64,000 nucleotides of DNA, taken from positions 5,151,244 through 5,215,243 of the forward strand of contig CM082597.2 in the NCBI GenBank assembly GCA_040954595.2, read 5' to 3'. The stretch is from Balanoglossus misakiensis. Lineage: Eukaryota; Animalia; Hemichordata. The first letter of the stretch is position 1. Each line of letters starts with the position of its first letter. The translations under genes and the position numbers were made by a program. Positions 40,082 to 52,243 of the stretch are shown piece by piece. Below the pieces are notes generated by a model. The model ran no database searches, was not told the origin of the DNA, and saw only the letters and a list, made by a program, of their open reading frames with translations.

Positions 40082-42746
40082 ATCCAAAAGACTAGAATTT
40101 TACCAAGAACATTAACTTCCGCCTCACCAGGGAAAAAGTATTATGGATTGAAATCAACTCATGGAAAACACCCTTTAAATGGGTAGTGTTTCGTTTCAGT
40201 AGAATGTTATAGAAGGCTTTTTTTTTCTTTCAACCATAGTACATTAGAATGTGTGTCTGCAAAAGCTCAATAGACAGGACAATACATGCAGACAACCAGA
40301 TATAAAGAGAACTTTTATTTTTTGTGTGAACTCCGAACAAAATATGACTGTGGCATATATGTACGGGGTGCTTTTAGTAGCATGTTTTGAGGTTAGTTTC
40401 TCACTCCCCAAATCCATATAAGTTCACAAAACAGATGAAGTTTGGGGCCGTCCACTGTTTAGTCTGTAGAACCAGCCATCGGTATTAGAGAAACCACTGA
40501 CTCTTCATAAACTTGTCGAGACTAAATTTGTACAACGATGAAAATGATATATTCACCACTGACAAGTTCCATCATGACTTTTAGAACGTGCATTGCGGCA
40601 TTCTTATTTTCATGGTGCATTTTCTTTTCACTAGTGGTTTTATTGTTTCAGTATTTCATGTGGGTATTCCTTACTTTGATTTATATAATTCCAGTGTTTA
40701 AACAAATGAATGAAGGAATTAAACTTTTTATTCGAATAGAAAACTTCACTCTTTGTCACTTTGCTTGTTTATCTATATTTTTTAGCAACTAATCAACTCT
40801 TATTTAATCCCCCTTCTGTAAGTTATGTTGTCTGTGGACTTAACATCTGAAATAAGTAAATCAAATTAAAAAGTTGGCTTTGGTGGCGTGCTCTGAAAAG
40901 TGTCAGAACACAAAATTTCCTATCCCAGCACTGGGCCTGCTGTGAGGGGGACCAATCACAGGCAAAAATGCTAATTTCTTCCAATTTAGGACATCTTCGG
41001 TTCCACGTGGTCAATGCTAAATTTTCTAGAGTTACCGAGCCGTGATCAGTCGATGGCAAGCATTGCTCCAGCAATCTCCGTCCAAAAATGAAATACACTC
41101 AGTAAATTACGGTGTTGTGGGACTAGGTACAAAGCTTCAGCTGGTCAGGTGTATCGAAAGAGTAGGAAGAGACAGAATTTCTGAACACATTGTAACGAGG
41201 CTTTTGTTAGCTCATAAGAAGCCACAACCAGCTGGCGCCACGCAGTCTCGGAAGTTTAATACACGTTTGTTGGTTCTTGTCAGTTTGGTTACATTTGGTT
41301 TAACTTGTTTGTTTCATCTTGCCTCCCTTTAAAATACTTTGATCTTAGATGTAGCAATTTACGCGAAACACGCCGAGGGCCAGTGGCATTCAAAAGTTGT
41401 CGCGAGCTGTCTGGTGTCTGTGAGTGGCGCGCGCAACCCGGGGGTCCACTCCACTATTAAATAAGGCCTATTCTGGAGCTGCTAATATGTGGGACCATGC
41501 GAACACGGTATTTACACATGCAATGTTTCCAGCTATACCAGCTAATTTGTTATTTTCACAGAAGTACTCTTTTTCCTCAAATCCACCATTATAAAACAAC
41601 AACAGTAATAACGGTATAATTTTTTCTGAACACATTAAAATGCTAGCGTGTGTTTGTTGAGGGATGACATACAACCCACTCTTTGTTAGATCCGATATTA
41701 GGCATCAATAGCTTCCCCAGATACACACCTTTGTATGTGAGCATGCATGCCTCTATCGCGACCATATTTAGGCATGTAGCCCATTTCCCTGGCAGACGTG
41801 GTTTCACAGGAATTATTGGCAGCAATCCAAAAGTCTTATGATCATACAGTACGAAGTCTAACAATGTACACAGTTTCATAATATTCCTGCTTTCTTCCGC
41901 TTTTCAGGGGTAACCTTTGCATTCGTGGGCGTGGGAAGTACGCTGGTATGTATTGCTGTTATCATCAATCAACACACCTACGCTGGCCTAGAAAATGCAA
42001 CGTCCTCTACAACTTCCACAATAGGGAAGTCAATATTAAACTTTGCAAATGTCTACAGTCTTGTTCTACGCCGGCCTTAGGGGCAGAAATGTAGATTACA
42101 CGCAGAGAACTGTAGTGGAGTTAAGATTGTTAACAAAATACCACACATCGCTTGGAAATATGGCATGTTGAAATACAAATACTAGTATATGGTTTTACAT
42201 AACAACACCAAGTTGCATAGGCCTCATACAATGAAACGAGTGTACATGTGGTAAGTTGGCTGCCATGCTGTGTCTTAAAAGGGGCGGGTCATCTAAGCTG
42301 CCATTGACATTGTTCCCACTGTTCAGGAGGGGGAGGGGCTCTGCCAACCAATACATGCTACATGTACATGCAAAATAACTTGGCAATGTGATAAAAAGTA
42401 ACGACTATTATCAAGGTGAAACCAAGAGACAAAGCAGCAAGTGTGACATATGCAACTGAGTAGCAAACCATGATCTGACAAAATCAGACATGAGTGTAAA
42501 ATGCAACACTGAGTGGCACCTGCTCGTATTCATGTTTGTCTGGCTAAGAACAGGCTTTAATTTTTTATTACGCAATTTATGATATTTGTGTGCTGCAGGG
42601 CTGGGCTCTTTACGAGCAACAGGTGTTGTTTATGTAAATTGAGAAGCACATATAAGTCCCACACCATGTGATGAATTTACGGTCAGCTATTGGATAGCAT
42701 TGCAGAAGTAGACTTTCAATACAGTTCTGTGTCGTTGTTATAATAT

Positions 42747-42797
42747 AGTCATCAACATCAACGTCATCATCGTCGTCGTCATCATCATGATCGTCAC

Positions 42798-42860
<63 letters not shown>

Positions 42861-42869
42861 GATCGTCAC

Positions 42870-42934
<65 letters not shown>

Positions 42935-42972
42935 ACTTCATCATCTTCATCAACTTCATCATCATCATCATT
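42747..42972. repeat. (CAT)n trinucleotide microsatellite
   Basis: Long cat/atc run, twice interrupted by tgatcgtcacc. It produces the spurious poly-D, poly-M and poly-I ORFs. Confidence 0.97.
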
Positions 42973-44410
42973 ACTCATGCCCACTCACCGCACACATCAT
43001 ACGAACTACACACACCACACACATCATACAAACCACACTCATTCGCACACACAATCATCATCATCATCATCATTTCTCGCCGCCAGAATCATCATCTGAA
43101 CATTCATATTTTTTTTTCAGCCACTTTGCTGTTTCCTCTCATAACATTGTGGCTTTTCCAGGTTTATCTGAAAAATGTAAATACGACGACTTGTGTTGAC
43201 AAAAAAATGCAAATTGCCACATATTTGAAAAAAAGAAGATATCGTTCTGTCTCGATGGTGTTTCCTTCACAGAAAGTTGAACTGTGTGATAGATGCCTTA
43301 CACTCGAACGGAAGTTCATGAGTGAAAGATTTGTACAGCGTACTTTCCAGTTTTTATGTCCTCATTACTTTTCTCTCTGGGTTGAATACCTGCGTGTATG
43401 ACTAACACACTGGTCCACATTGGTCCCCGTGCACTGTATAAAGTGGGTCACGTTGGCTTATGCAGTGCATTGCACATGTATAAGGTGTTTTCACGGTGTA
43501 CGTGTGGACTCTGCATCTATGATTACCTCCATCACTGACGCCGTGTATAGACATAGCCAAAATTGTTTGGCCCATTAGTCAAGTAAAACTGGGTACAATA
43601 TCGCTATCAGTGCACACACCAGTTGCATTATCATACTACATGCATTACATAATGGATTGATTCCTCAAAGCAAATAGTCTGTAGAATTATGCGTTTGTCA
43701 CCCATGACTTGTTGACATACAGAAAAATAGGCGTGTGGTGAAGTATGAGGAAAACAAGAAAATACAGTTGAAACATTTATTCAATTGCTGCAAAAATAGC
43801 CAGAAGTTATAGATAGTGTCCACCCTGTTTTGGTTTTACAAAGCTGTGGTGTTTGTAGTGTAAACAAAACCTGTGATATTTTATCAAGCAAGTTAATCCA
43901 GGCCCGGCTAGAGGTCATAGGTTATCGGTAGCATTTTTGAGTTGTTGCAAAATATGTGTAAACGCTACATTACGATGCACGCTAGATTGCGAGGCACTCA
44001 CTTGTAGTAACAGGTCGCTGTTTTGGCGGGAAACAAGTTTCTGTGGTTCTGGGCATGCGCAAGAACCTGACAGATCCTTGTCAAATTCATGTACAACATA
44101 TAAATTCATGCCGGCCGTGGCTAGAAGTGTATATGACTATTTTGAATAGCTTCTATGGCTAATCACATGACGGTTTTTTGTTCGTGACAAAAACTGCATA
44201 AAATATCACAACTTTTCACGAATCGTAGTATTTCTGTCATAGAACCATTTTCAGAGTTTTAGTTGAATTCTGGAAACTTTTCTGAACTACACGTGTGCGA
44301 CGTTTCCCTTTCTTACCGTGTCTAAACTAACCATTGGCATTATTCCCATTCTTCATGGAGACCCTGCCAAACCATACATTTTATATCAACATTAAATGGA
44401 ATTGAGATAA

Positions 44411-44555
44411 AAAGTAACGATACAGTGTTTGCTATTGTGTAAAGTATAATACAAAGTAACAACCACACTGTTTGCAATGATGAACATTGTAGCAGTTACA
44501 CTACATTGTAATACAAAGTAACAACATCAGTGTTTGTACTGATGCACATTGTAGC
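44411..44555. repeat. Degenerate ~62 bp tandem repeat
   Basis: taatacaaagtaacaac...tgtttg...tgatg.acattgtagc occurs twice, with a partial third copy upstream. Confidence 0.65.
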
Positions 44556-46356
44556 GCTTGCTTGCACCATATTTTTACTTGCCAGCAATTGTGTCGTATG
44601 GGTCCCATAACCGTAGCTGCGCAGACGGGACGACACCCACTCTTTGAAGTAGCGGAAGTTCACTTCTATAGAACAAGGGAAGACAGTAAAACAGATATGG
44701 GGATTTCACATGCGTAAGCCAGGCAGGCACTTATGAACAGTAGCCTCATAAGTGACTCAACTGACTGAAATCACGAAATTCAACAAACTAGGAAATTATA
44801 CATTTTCACCCGTCGAGGTCACTGCACAGTGGCAGCGTCTTCTATCAACGGGAGCTCGATGGAAACAGGACGTTGTTTAGTGACAAGAGATGACAAGAAA
44901 TGACTAATTTATTTACTATGCATGAATAGGACATACGCTGCTCCATGTCTCCCGTAAAGTGCGGTCATCTAAGTTGACGGAGCTTAACCTGTAAATGAAT
45001 TCCAGTGTAGTGCAACGTTTATTACCACGCATTTCATCAAAACCAGACTACATCTCAAACTTACATTACGTTCATTTGCTTCGTTTGATACGTGACTCTG
45101 CTCGGCACAAATCATGTAAAAAAGGGACGTTACAGTAGTTGGCCAATTTGTTTCCGTTTAGCTAACACAGTAATTTTTGATACGGGCTGTTGCAATATCT
45201 CATTTTCGTTAAAATAAAGATTTTATCCCTGTGAAATCCAAAGAACATGGAATTTATATTTTTGTCGAAATTTCTGAGACAATCGTCCGAAAGTGAGTGA
45301 ATATGCACAGTATGGCAATTTCGGGAAATGAACGCGGATTTAACAGAATGCATATATTGTCACATACTAACACTATATTTTCATGATTTACAACGAAAAG
45401 TTAGATACTATCACACAAGGAAAAAATAATTATGAAATTACTCAATCGGTTAGACATAACTCTGATTTTATCAAATTTTCATTCATGTCAAAGGAATTTT
45501 AGCCATGTCACTTTTTGCATTGCTGTTTGAAAAGGAATTCTCATAAAACAACAAAGCTACAGAGTCATAAACCTACATGAAATGTAGAATTAGACCAAAA
45601 CCGACATATGAGAAATACATGAAGCAGACAGACAGTCAGATAAACTGAGACAGTCGAAATAATCTAAAAATGACGGATGCAGCAAAAGAATTTTTTACTG
45701 TAATGTCAATATAAAACTTTATGCCGAATACAATTTGAGTTCATAACTATATTCTTTGGGAATCGTGTGAGTGTTGTTAAGAATAATATAGTCATGATTT
45801 TATAAAAACTAATTTTTCGTTATTTTCCTGTATCACATTCATTATATCTCGGACATGTTAGCCACAGGCATCAGAACTTATAAATCATATACTTTTAAAG
45901 TTTACTCCAACAAACGACCGGAGGCATTTGGTAGATGCGGATGTAATGTTTTAGCATTCTCGAACGTTTTCCTAAAAATGCACAAATGGGGAAATTCATG
46001 TGTGACTCAACCCCTAATGAGTCTCCCCTCCGCCTGCAGTGGGGTTTCTGAGATCCAACACAACTTGTTTTTCTTGCTGTTTAGCAAGCATGAAAAGTTC
46101 GCTATTGCATCATCTCAGGTATTCCTCCAATCGGTCCCTGGATGACGTCACTTTCATCATATATACTGGCTTAGCGAGCAAGATCTTCATTTTCTCTGAG
46201 GATTTCAACTGGACGGTTTCCGTGTTCATAGAAGAGCATATCAAAGCAGCCTAAGAAAATTGAGATTGGCTCGAGGTTTGGAATCATAACATCATCTTAT
46301 GTTGATTGCCACCTGCGCCTATACCTTTACCCCGTGTGGCAGTATTCATTTTGACG

Positions 46357-48242
46357 ATGGCCACCACGCCATCAGCAGCGATGCTTTGCATCATATTGGG
46401 AGTTATTTTACACAGTCATGGTAAGTGCTATTCCTAATACTAATGAGGAAAATCGTTCTGGATGCACTGATGCTAATTTGTGAAAATAGTTTTTGTACTG
46501 CCGTATTTAGTATTCTTCTATCAAGTCAACAATTTCTTGCATGCATGATCTCCGCATTAAAATTAAACGATTTACATATGTAGATTTATATGTAAGAAAG
46601 TAGGTTCTGAAAATTAGAGAAAATCAATATTTTTCATTTTTTAAATAACTTTTTTTCTTTAAAATATTTTGCATTATGAAAACCCTAGAGTGGATGAAAA
46701 GTGGGTGTGGTGTTGAAGTTATAGTATTTTACTTAGAAATCATTTTGAGAGGAATTGCACGAATCCTTAAAACGATTGTAAATCTGCGCGCTTGTTGTCT
46801 CTCATAACGCAACTGAAAAACACTTTCCTATTAACGTTCGTGGTTATATTATGTCAATAACGTTGCTTATTATAACTTGCTGATCGTATTGCAGGATCTA
46901 GCCAAACGGAACAATTGAAGCTGGAACCAAACGGTATGCCATACGTGGTTTCTCGAGGCAAGCCTATTTCTATAACGATGACTATGAAGACCAGAACCCC
47001 AATCACCGGTGACGTCACACTCTCAGCCATCGTGCAACGCCGAGGCGACGACGATGGACCGCCCCTCCATGAAAGACTGTCACGTGACGACGACCGCTGC
47101 TCTGGCCGCTTCTGCGTCGATTGGTCGAACAGAGGAAAGAAGTACAAGGTGAAGTTGACCATAGGGGACGTGCGCCAAGAGGACCTTGGGAGCTACTCTG
47201 TCAAACTGAGAGTGACCCAGGACGGCCTGCTGGCCGTGCAAGGTGCCGGAAGTTTTCAGTTGGTGAAAAACGAACCAGGTATGGCAGTACGAACCACGGA
47301 CTCACGTTTGACCTTTGACACCACCGTTGGTACAAAACCAGAGGTAGTTTGATTCAACCGCAAAACACATAAAAGGGGTTTCCCCGTTCAGCCATAGTGT
47401 TTGGAAACGGTGTATACGTAGAATTGAAGACTAGTGCATTTCTCGATTTATTCACATGGTAAAAGCAACGCGGAAATATTCTTGTTAGACTGGTTTATGA
47501 ATAATGGGTCTACTTTCGAAACAATGATGCAGAATTAGTCATCACTTTGTATCCCATATTTGTTTAAATATAAAATATATTGCTGGGAAATAGAGGGGAA
47601 AGAAATTAAGAGTTGGAGTGAAAATAGGATTGCTCGCTTCAGTGAAAGGGTCGACCTAAATACATGGAGGTGGTCTTATTCATGTCAATGCGTTAGAGAT
47701 ACATCATGTATCTCATTTGAACCTTTACGTACATTTTGCAGTATTGGGGCTCATACTGCACAGAAGCCTATGGATATCCAAGAGTATAAATTCTGTCTGA
47801 CAATGTTTTTGTCTGAATCTTTTCCCTCGTTTCAAATACTTGTTTTACATTTTCACCCTTTAAAGTTTCCAGATCACCGACTGCGCGACGATTGAAACCA
47901 AGCGGGCGGAAGTATGTAGCGGTGCCGGGGGAGACGTTTGAAATCACGATGAAGTTGAAGACCGGAGGCCAAGTTGATGACGACGTGGATGTGCTGGCAA
48001 CTGTCGAGCGCCAGGACGGGGAGACCAGGTTTCAAATGATGTCAAGTGACGCAGACGGCAGGTGCTCCGGTCGCCAGTGTCTGGAGGTGGTTCGCAAAGG
48101 GAAGAAGGTGTTCGTCACTTATCAGATCCAGGCGGTTAACGAGGACGATATTGGCCAGTATGAAGTCAGGGTGGCATTCAGTAGAGACGGTCGCTTTGTT
48201 CTAAGAGGTGCCGGAACGTTTGAACTCCTGGAACGAACTTGA
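46357..48242 (+). CDS. Secreted protein with two tandem atypical Ig-like domains (CSGRxC motif)
   Basis: Exons: 46357-46420 (MATTPSAAMLCIILGVILHSH, phase 1), 46895-47278 (LTIGDVRQEDLGSYSVKL; RCSGRFC), 47866-48242 (YQIQAVNEDDIGQYEVRV; RCSGRQC). The two domain exons are clearly homologous (G..YV...G....ITM..KT, GAG.F.L). A further exon at 48525-48610 is possible. Confidence 0.85.
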
Positions 48243-48251
48243 AGGTATTAA

Positions 48252-48365
48252 AGGCCCTTCTCAACATTGGGTCAAATCTTTTGTTTCCAATAAACAGTTA
48301 CGTGCTAACACACAGGATTTCTTATTTGCCTTCATTGTTCTGCCCTGGGATAGAGAAAATGGCCT
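48252..48365. mobile_element. 114 bp TTAA-flanked MITE (Kolobok-like AG..CT termini), copy 1
   Basis: ttaa|aggcccttctc...gagaaaatggcct|ttaa. A near-identical copy lies at 57906-58019. Confidence 0.8.
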
Positions 48366-50397
48366 TTAACACATACATGTACAACCATTGAGCGAATCAT
48401 ATGTTTTGCACACGCGCAGTGATATTGTGTCCTGTAAAACCCATCCCCTACAATTGTGTAAGCAGGCAGAACTTTGACACGTGAGAGTTTCACTTATACA
48501 ACATTCTTCCGTGTTATTTTTCAGCCTCAGGAGTCGATCAGAAGTTAACATGGCGGTGGACTTTTGATTTTCTGGACCAGCACGAGGAGGAACTTCGGCC
48601 AGTAGAGTAGAGAAGACTAGCAAACCAAAGAACTTATTTTCATCCACTTTGAAAACAGATTACTTTGTTTTATTCAAGAGTACCTTGAACTTAACATGTC
48701 CACATGTAAAGAAAATTATTTCTATCATGTGCATTTTTTCTTGGCCATTAAAAGAATAAATACACAGTTCATTTCCTAGCATGTCTCAGGAGAGCGCCGT
48801 TCTAGAGGAAGCCTAATGTCACCGAATCACCACAATACTCATGAATCATGAAACACAGGCCTCCACAATTCCTCAAGTTAAATACAAATAAACATAGGTA
48901 TTTCTGGCTGACCAATTAACTCGTTGCTATTCTTAATGTTACTGTTTTTATTGTTCTTGTTGTCGTTGTTGTTGTTGTCGTCATTGTTTTACGTTGTTGT
49001 CAATGTATATTTTATTTTATTTAGACTGTTGAACCAATGACCAAGCTTACGTTCCTTCTCGCACAGGCTGTGTTACAGAAAGTCTCTCCTTCAGAACTTC
49101 ACAGTTTTTCTTCTGCTAAGGATTAAGAAAACACCCGCAAAATTGCTCTCGAAAAAGATAAATGTGACCAATTTCACATCGAACGATTAAACGAACGCGT
49201 GAACAGTCAAAACATGATAGCGTCGAGGCGCAGAAACTGATTACGTATTTTTAGTAATTTTGTTCTGTTTATCCACTATGATTTTTTGTTCGGCTCCTCA
49301 CAGCGCAGTAGGATTAAATAACCAGCGGTTATCTTTGCAGCATTGCCCATGTGTGCAAAATCGATGTTTAAAAACCGTTTTAAACCCTAATAATGCTTTA
49401 TTAACACTAACAATAGTCTGTACGCGTACAAAGTTTGGGATACTACATGTATATTGAGGAGAAGAAGGTTTGTAAAGAAACTGACGAATCGAGATGAAAG
49501 GTCGAAAAAGGCGCCGATATGCTGATTGGAATGATGGCATAATTATGACACAGGCCAAATAAGACAAGTATCGAATTTCAGAGAGAAATCAATGGAAGTA
49601 TTACGTACATGAAAGTGTCATATTTAATATTTTGGTGAAGTGATTATTATCGGTGCCAGTTGCTAGCGCCTACGCACATCAACAAATGCAGACATGGAAA
49701 GACGCCGCGGTGTAGTTCCTGTTTTTTGTTAACCTCGCCCTCTTGGAAAATCCCACAGATGGGACGACGCCCACCTTAAATGGAGAAGTGCGGCAATGTT
49801 CTTCTTTAAGACCACAGAATGATGGCCATACTAATAAGTTCACGAGGAGTAGAATATTATCAAAATATTCTTGTCATTCAAATATCCATGTCACCCAGTG
49901 AATTTTCTAGTGCTGGCCATCAACTGAAGGTGAAGGTTACTAGTATTCACTTTCACCAAAGATGATTAAATTCACCAACCAAAAGTGAATTATTCATATT
50001 TGTCCAGGTCACGTGGTGACAAGTATAAATTGACTGATCAGTCATTGATGAATGTGGGAAGTACTCCAAAACCTATAAGGTATGAGGATTTATTGTTTAA
50101 TATCATTGGCTACTTTCTAATTTGCACGAACAAAATTGACTTCCTCACGTGTGACTAAGTTGTTTTAGTAACCGGGTACTGCATGGCGTGCTTAATGATA
50201 TTATAATTTTTTGACACATTTCTAATTTTTCAAAGACAACCTCCAAAACTCATTTCATGTAAGAAACTTCAAGCGTAAAGGCATAGAAGTTTATTTGGTT
50301 TAATTTTTTATACAATGTTTTAGCTGATGGGATTTCCATATATTATAAATACATTTCAGATAACGATACTTCCTTAAATTGAACTGAGGCTTTGGCG

Positions 50398-50405
50398 TAT
50401 AAATA
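50398..50405 (+). promoter_or_regulatory. TATA box of the two-Ig secreted gene
   Basis: TATAAATA about 58 nt upstream of the ATG at 50456. Confidence 0.5.
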
Positions 50406-50455
50406 CGTCACCCACTTCTCGTTGGTCACATCGGTAGAACGCAACGCTGTGCGTC

Positions 50456-52243
50456 ATGGTGGTACATCTCCGTCGCCGGCTTCTGCAAATCTACCTCGTC
50501 ATAGGTAAGGCAAATGTATTTATTTACTGTCCTACCACACATGTTGGATTGGCCTCCATCAGTTTCACACTACAACGTTTTCTGTGACCCCTTGATAATG
50601 GAATGCCAGTCATGTAGCTTGGTTTATGCAGTGTTGGTGAGTCATGATAAGAGATGAGACAAACTCATATACGAAGACAAAGGGACTGTTCTGTTGTAGC
50701 ACATTTTGGTCTGGATTGAAGTGATGAGAATCAAATCTCATCGCCAGACGTCAGGGCAAGGTTGAGATTCTGTCAGGCTTGTAGACAACAAGAAGTATGG
50801 CGCCGAATGAGTGTACTGACTAGTAGAGAAAAATGTAATGTTTTTGCGTTTTAGGACTGGATGCATTCGTAGTCTATGCGATAGAGGCTGAGCCCGGGAC
50901 TCGGGTGGAGTTGCCTTGTCACTATGAAGAGCCACAGGTCCAGTACACCCGGACGACGATCGACTGGAGGAAAATAACACCGGACAACCTGGACCCCACA
51001 CTGGTGACGGTGGTTGACTTTCGCGTCAGCGGTATAGCCGAACAGAGGTACAGTGCTACACTGAATGGATCCTTGATCATACAGAACGTCACGGTGGCTG
51101 ATAACGGTTCCTATAAGTGTGTCGTCGTCTTCAGGCTGGTTGAACCCGTGGCGGGAAATGGTTATCACACCGAAATACACAAAGTTCAACTTGAAGTTAA
51201 GAGTAAGTATTTCCTCATATGTGTTCATTTTCGGCCATTTTTTTCAGTATTTTTTTATTCCTCTGCCAGTGACATGAATGCTGTTTCAAATTTCCCCCTT
51301 TCTCGAAGCCCGAACAGTTAATGACAACCCCATTCAAAGCATTACCCTGGTTTTGTTTCCCATGGGTCTGTGTTCAGATACCATCAAGAACGTGGTCGTG
51401 TATCCCAAAAGTGAGACAGACGATGTTGATAGTATGATGCGCAGAAGGGCGCACGCACCGACACTCGTGTGTAGGGCAGAAAATAGCAGACGGCCAGCCG
51501 TTGACGTCTTGCGTTGGAAGATTGGCAACGTTGTTCACACGCCGCCCCGACACAAAACAACATACTCTGAAGAAAAGACTTCGGACGGAAAGATGAACGT
51601 GTTCAGCGAACTGGAATTTCTCAAATCACGCGATAGCACGACCCTCCATTGGTACAATGTTTCTTGCATCGTCTCAGAGGGTAACACAGAAATTGTGTTC
51701 ACGTCATCAGTTTTGGTGTACTTGGATGTCCGAGGAGGTGTGTTCCAACGTAGTCTTACACAACACTTACTACACTTGTAGTGTACTTCAGATGGCCAAA
51801 CTAATTATACCAGTCGCACCTATCCAAGAACCAAAAAGTCTGTATTAAAGCCTAATAAGCTGCAACTACACAACAAATTTTATGCTTAAGTTAGATATGT
51901 TGTGTATGCCCACCGGGTAGCTCATTTAAATGGAACAATCTAATATTGAAAGTATTATCGTGAAAATCATGAAAACAATGGCATGCATCTATTGGGTCTG
52001 TAACCATTCCCCTATTTCACCAGTATAACTACCTTGGTCAGTTAATACTGTGTTAAATATAAGCATTCTGTTCTCTCAGGGTCACGTGGACGCCTTAGGA
52101 AGAAAGTGAAGAGGCAGAAAGCGAAGAGGCAGAGAGATAGGACAGTAAAGACCAGGAGAGAACGGGTGAAGGGAAGAAGAAGAGAAAAGAAGAAGCAAGA
52201 TAGAAGAGGTCACAGAAAACAACGCAAGGGCAGAACAGACTGA
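50456..52243 (+). CDS. Secreted V-type Ig + second Ig protein with a highly basic tail; related to the ectodomain of the upstream RTK
   Basis: Exons: 50456-50504 (MVVHLRRRLLQIYLVI), 50855-51202 (VELPC..IDW..GSLIIQNVTVADNGSYKC), 51378-51737 (LVCRAENSRRPAVDVLRW...SELEFLK...VSCIV), 52080-52243 (GSRGRLRKKVKRQKAKRQRDRTVKTRRERVKGRRREKKKQDRRGHRKQRKGRTD*). All junctions are phase 1. No TM segment. Confidence 0.88.

Noticed and set aside
42610-43401. Poly-Asp, poly-Met and poly-Ile ORFs
   Set aside because: They are translations of the (CAT)n microsatellite, with no splice or domain support.
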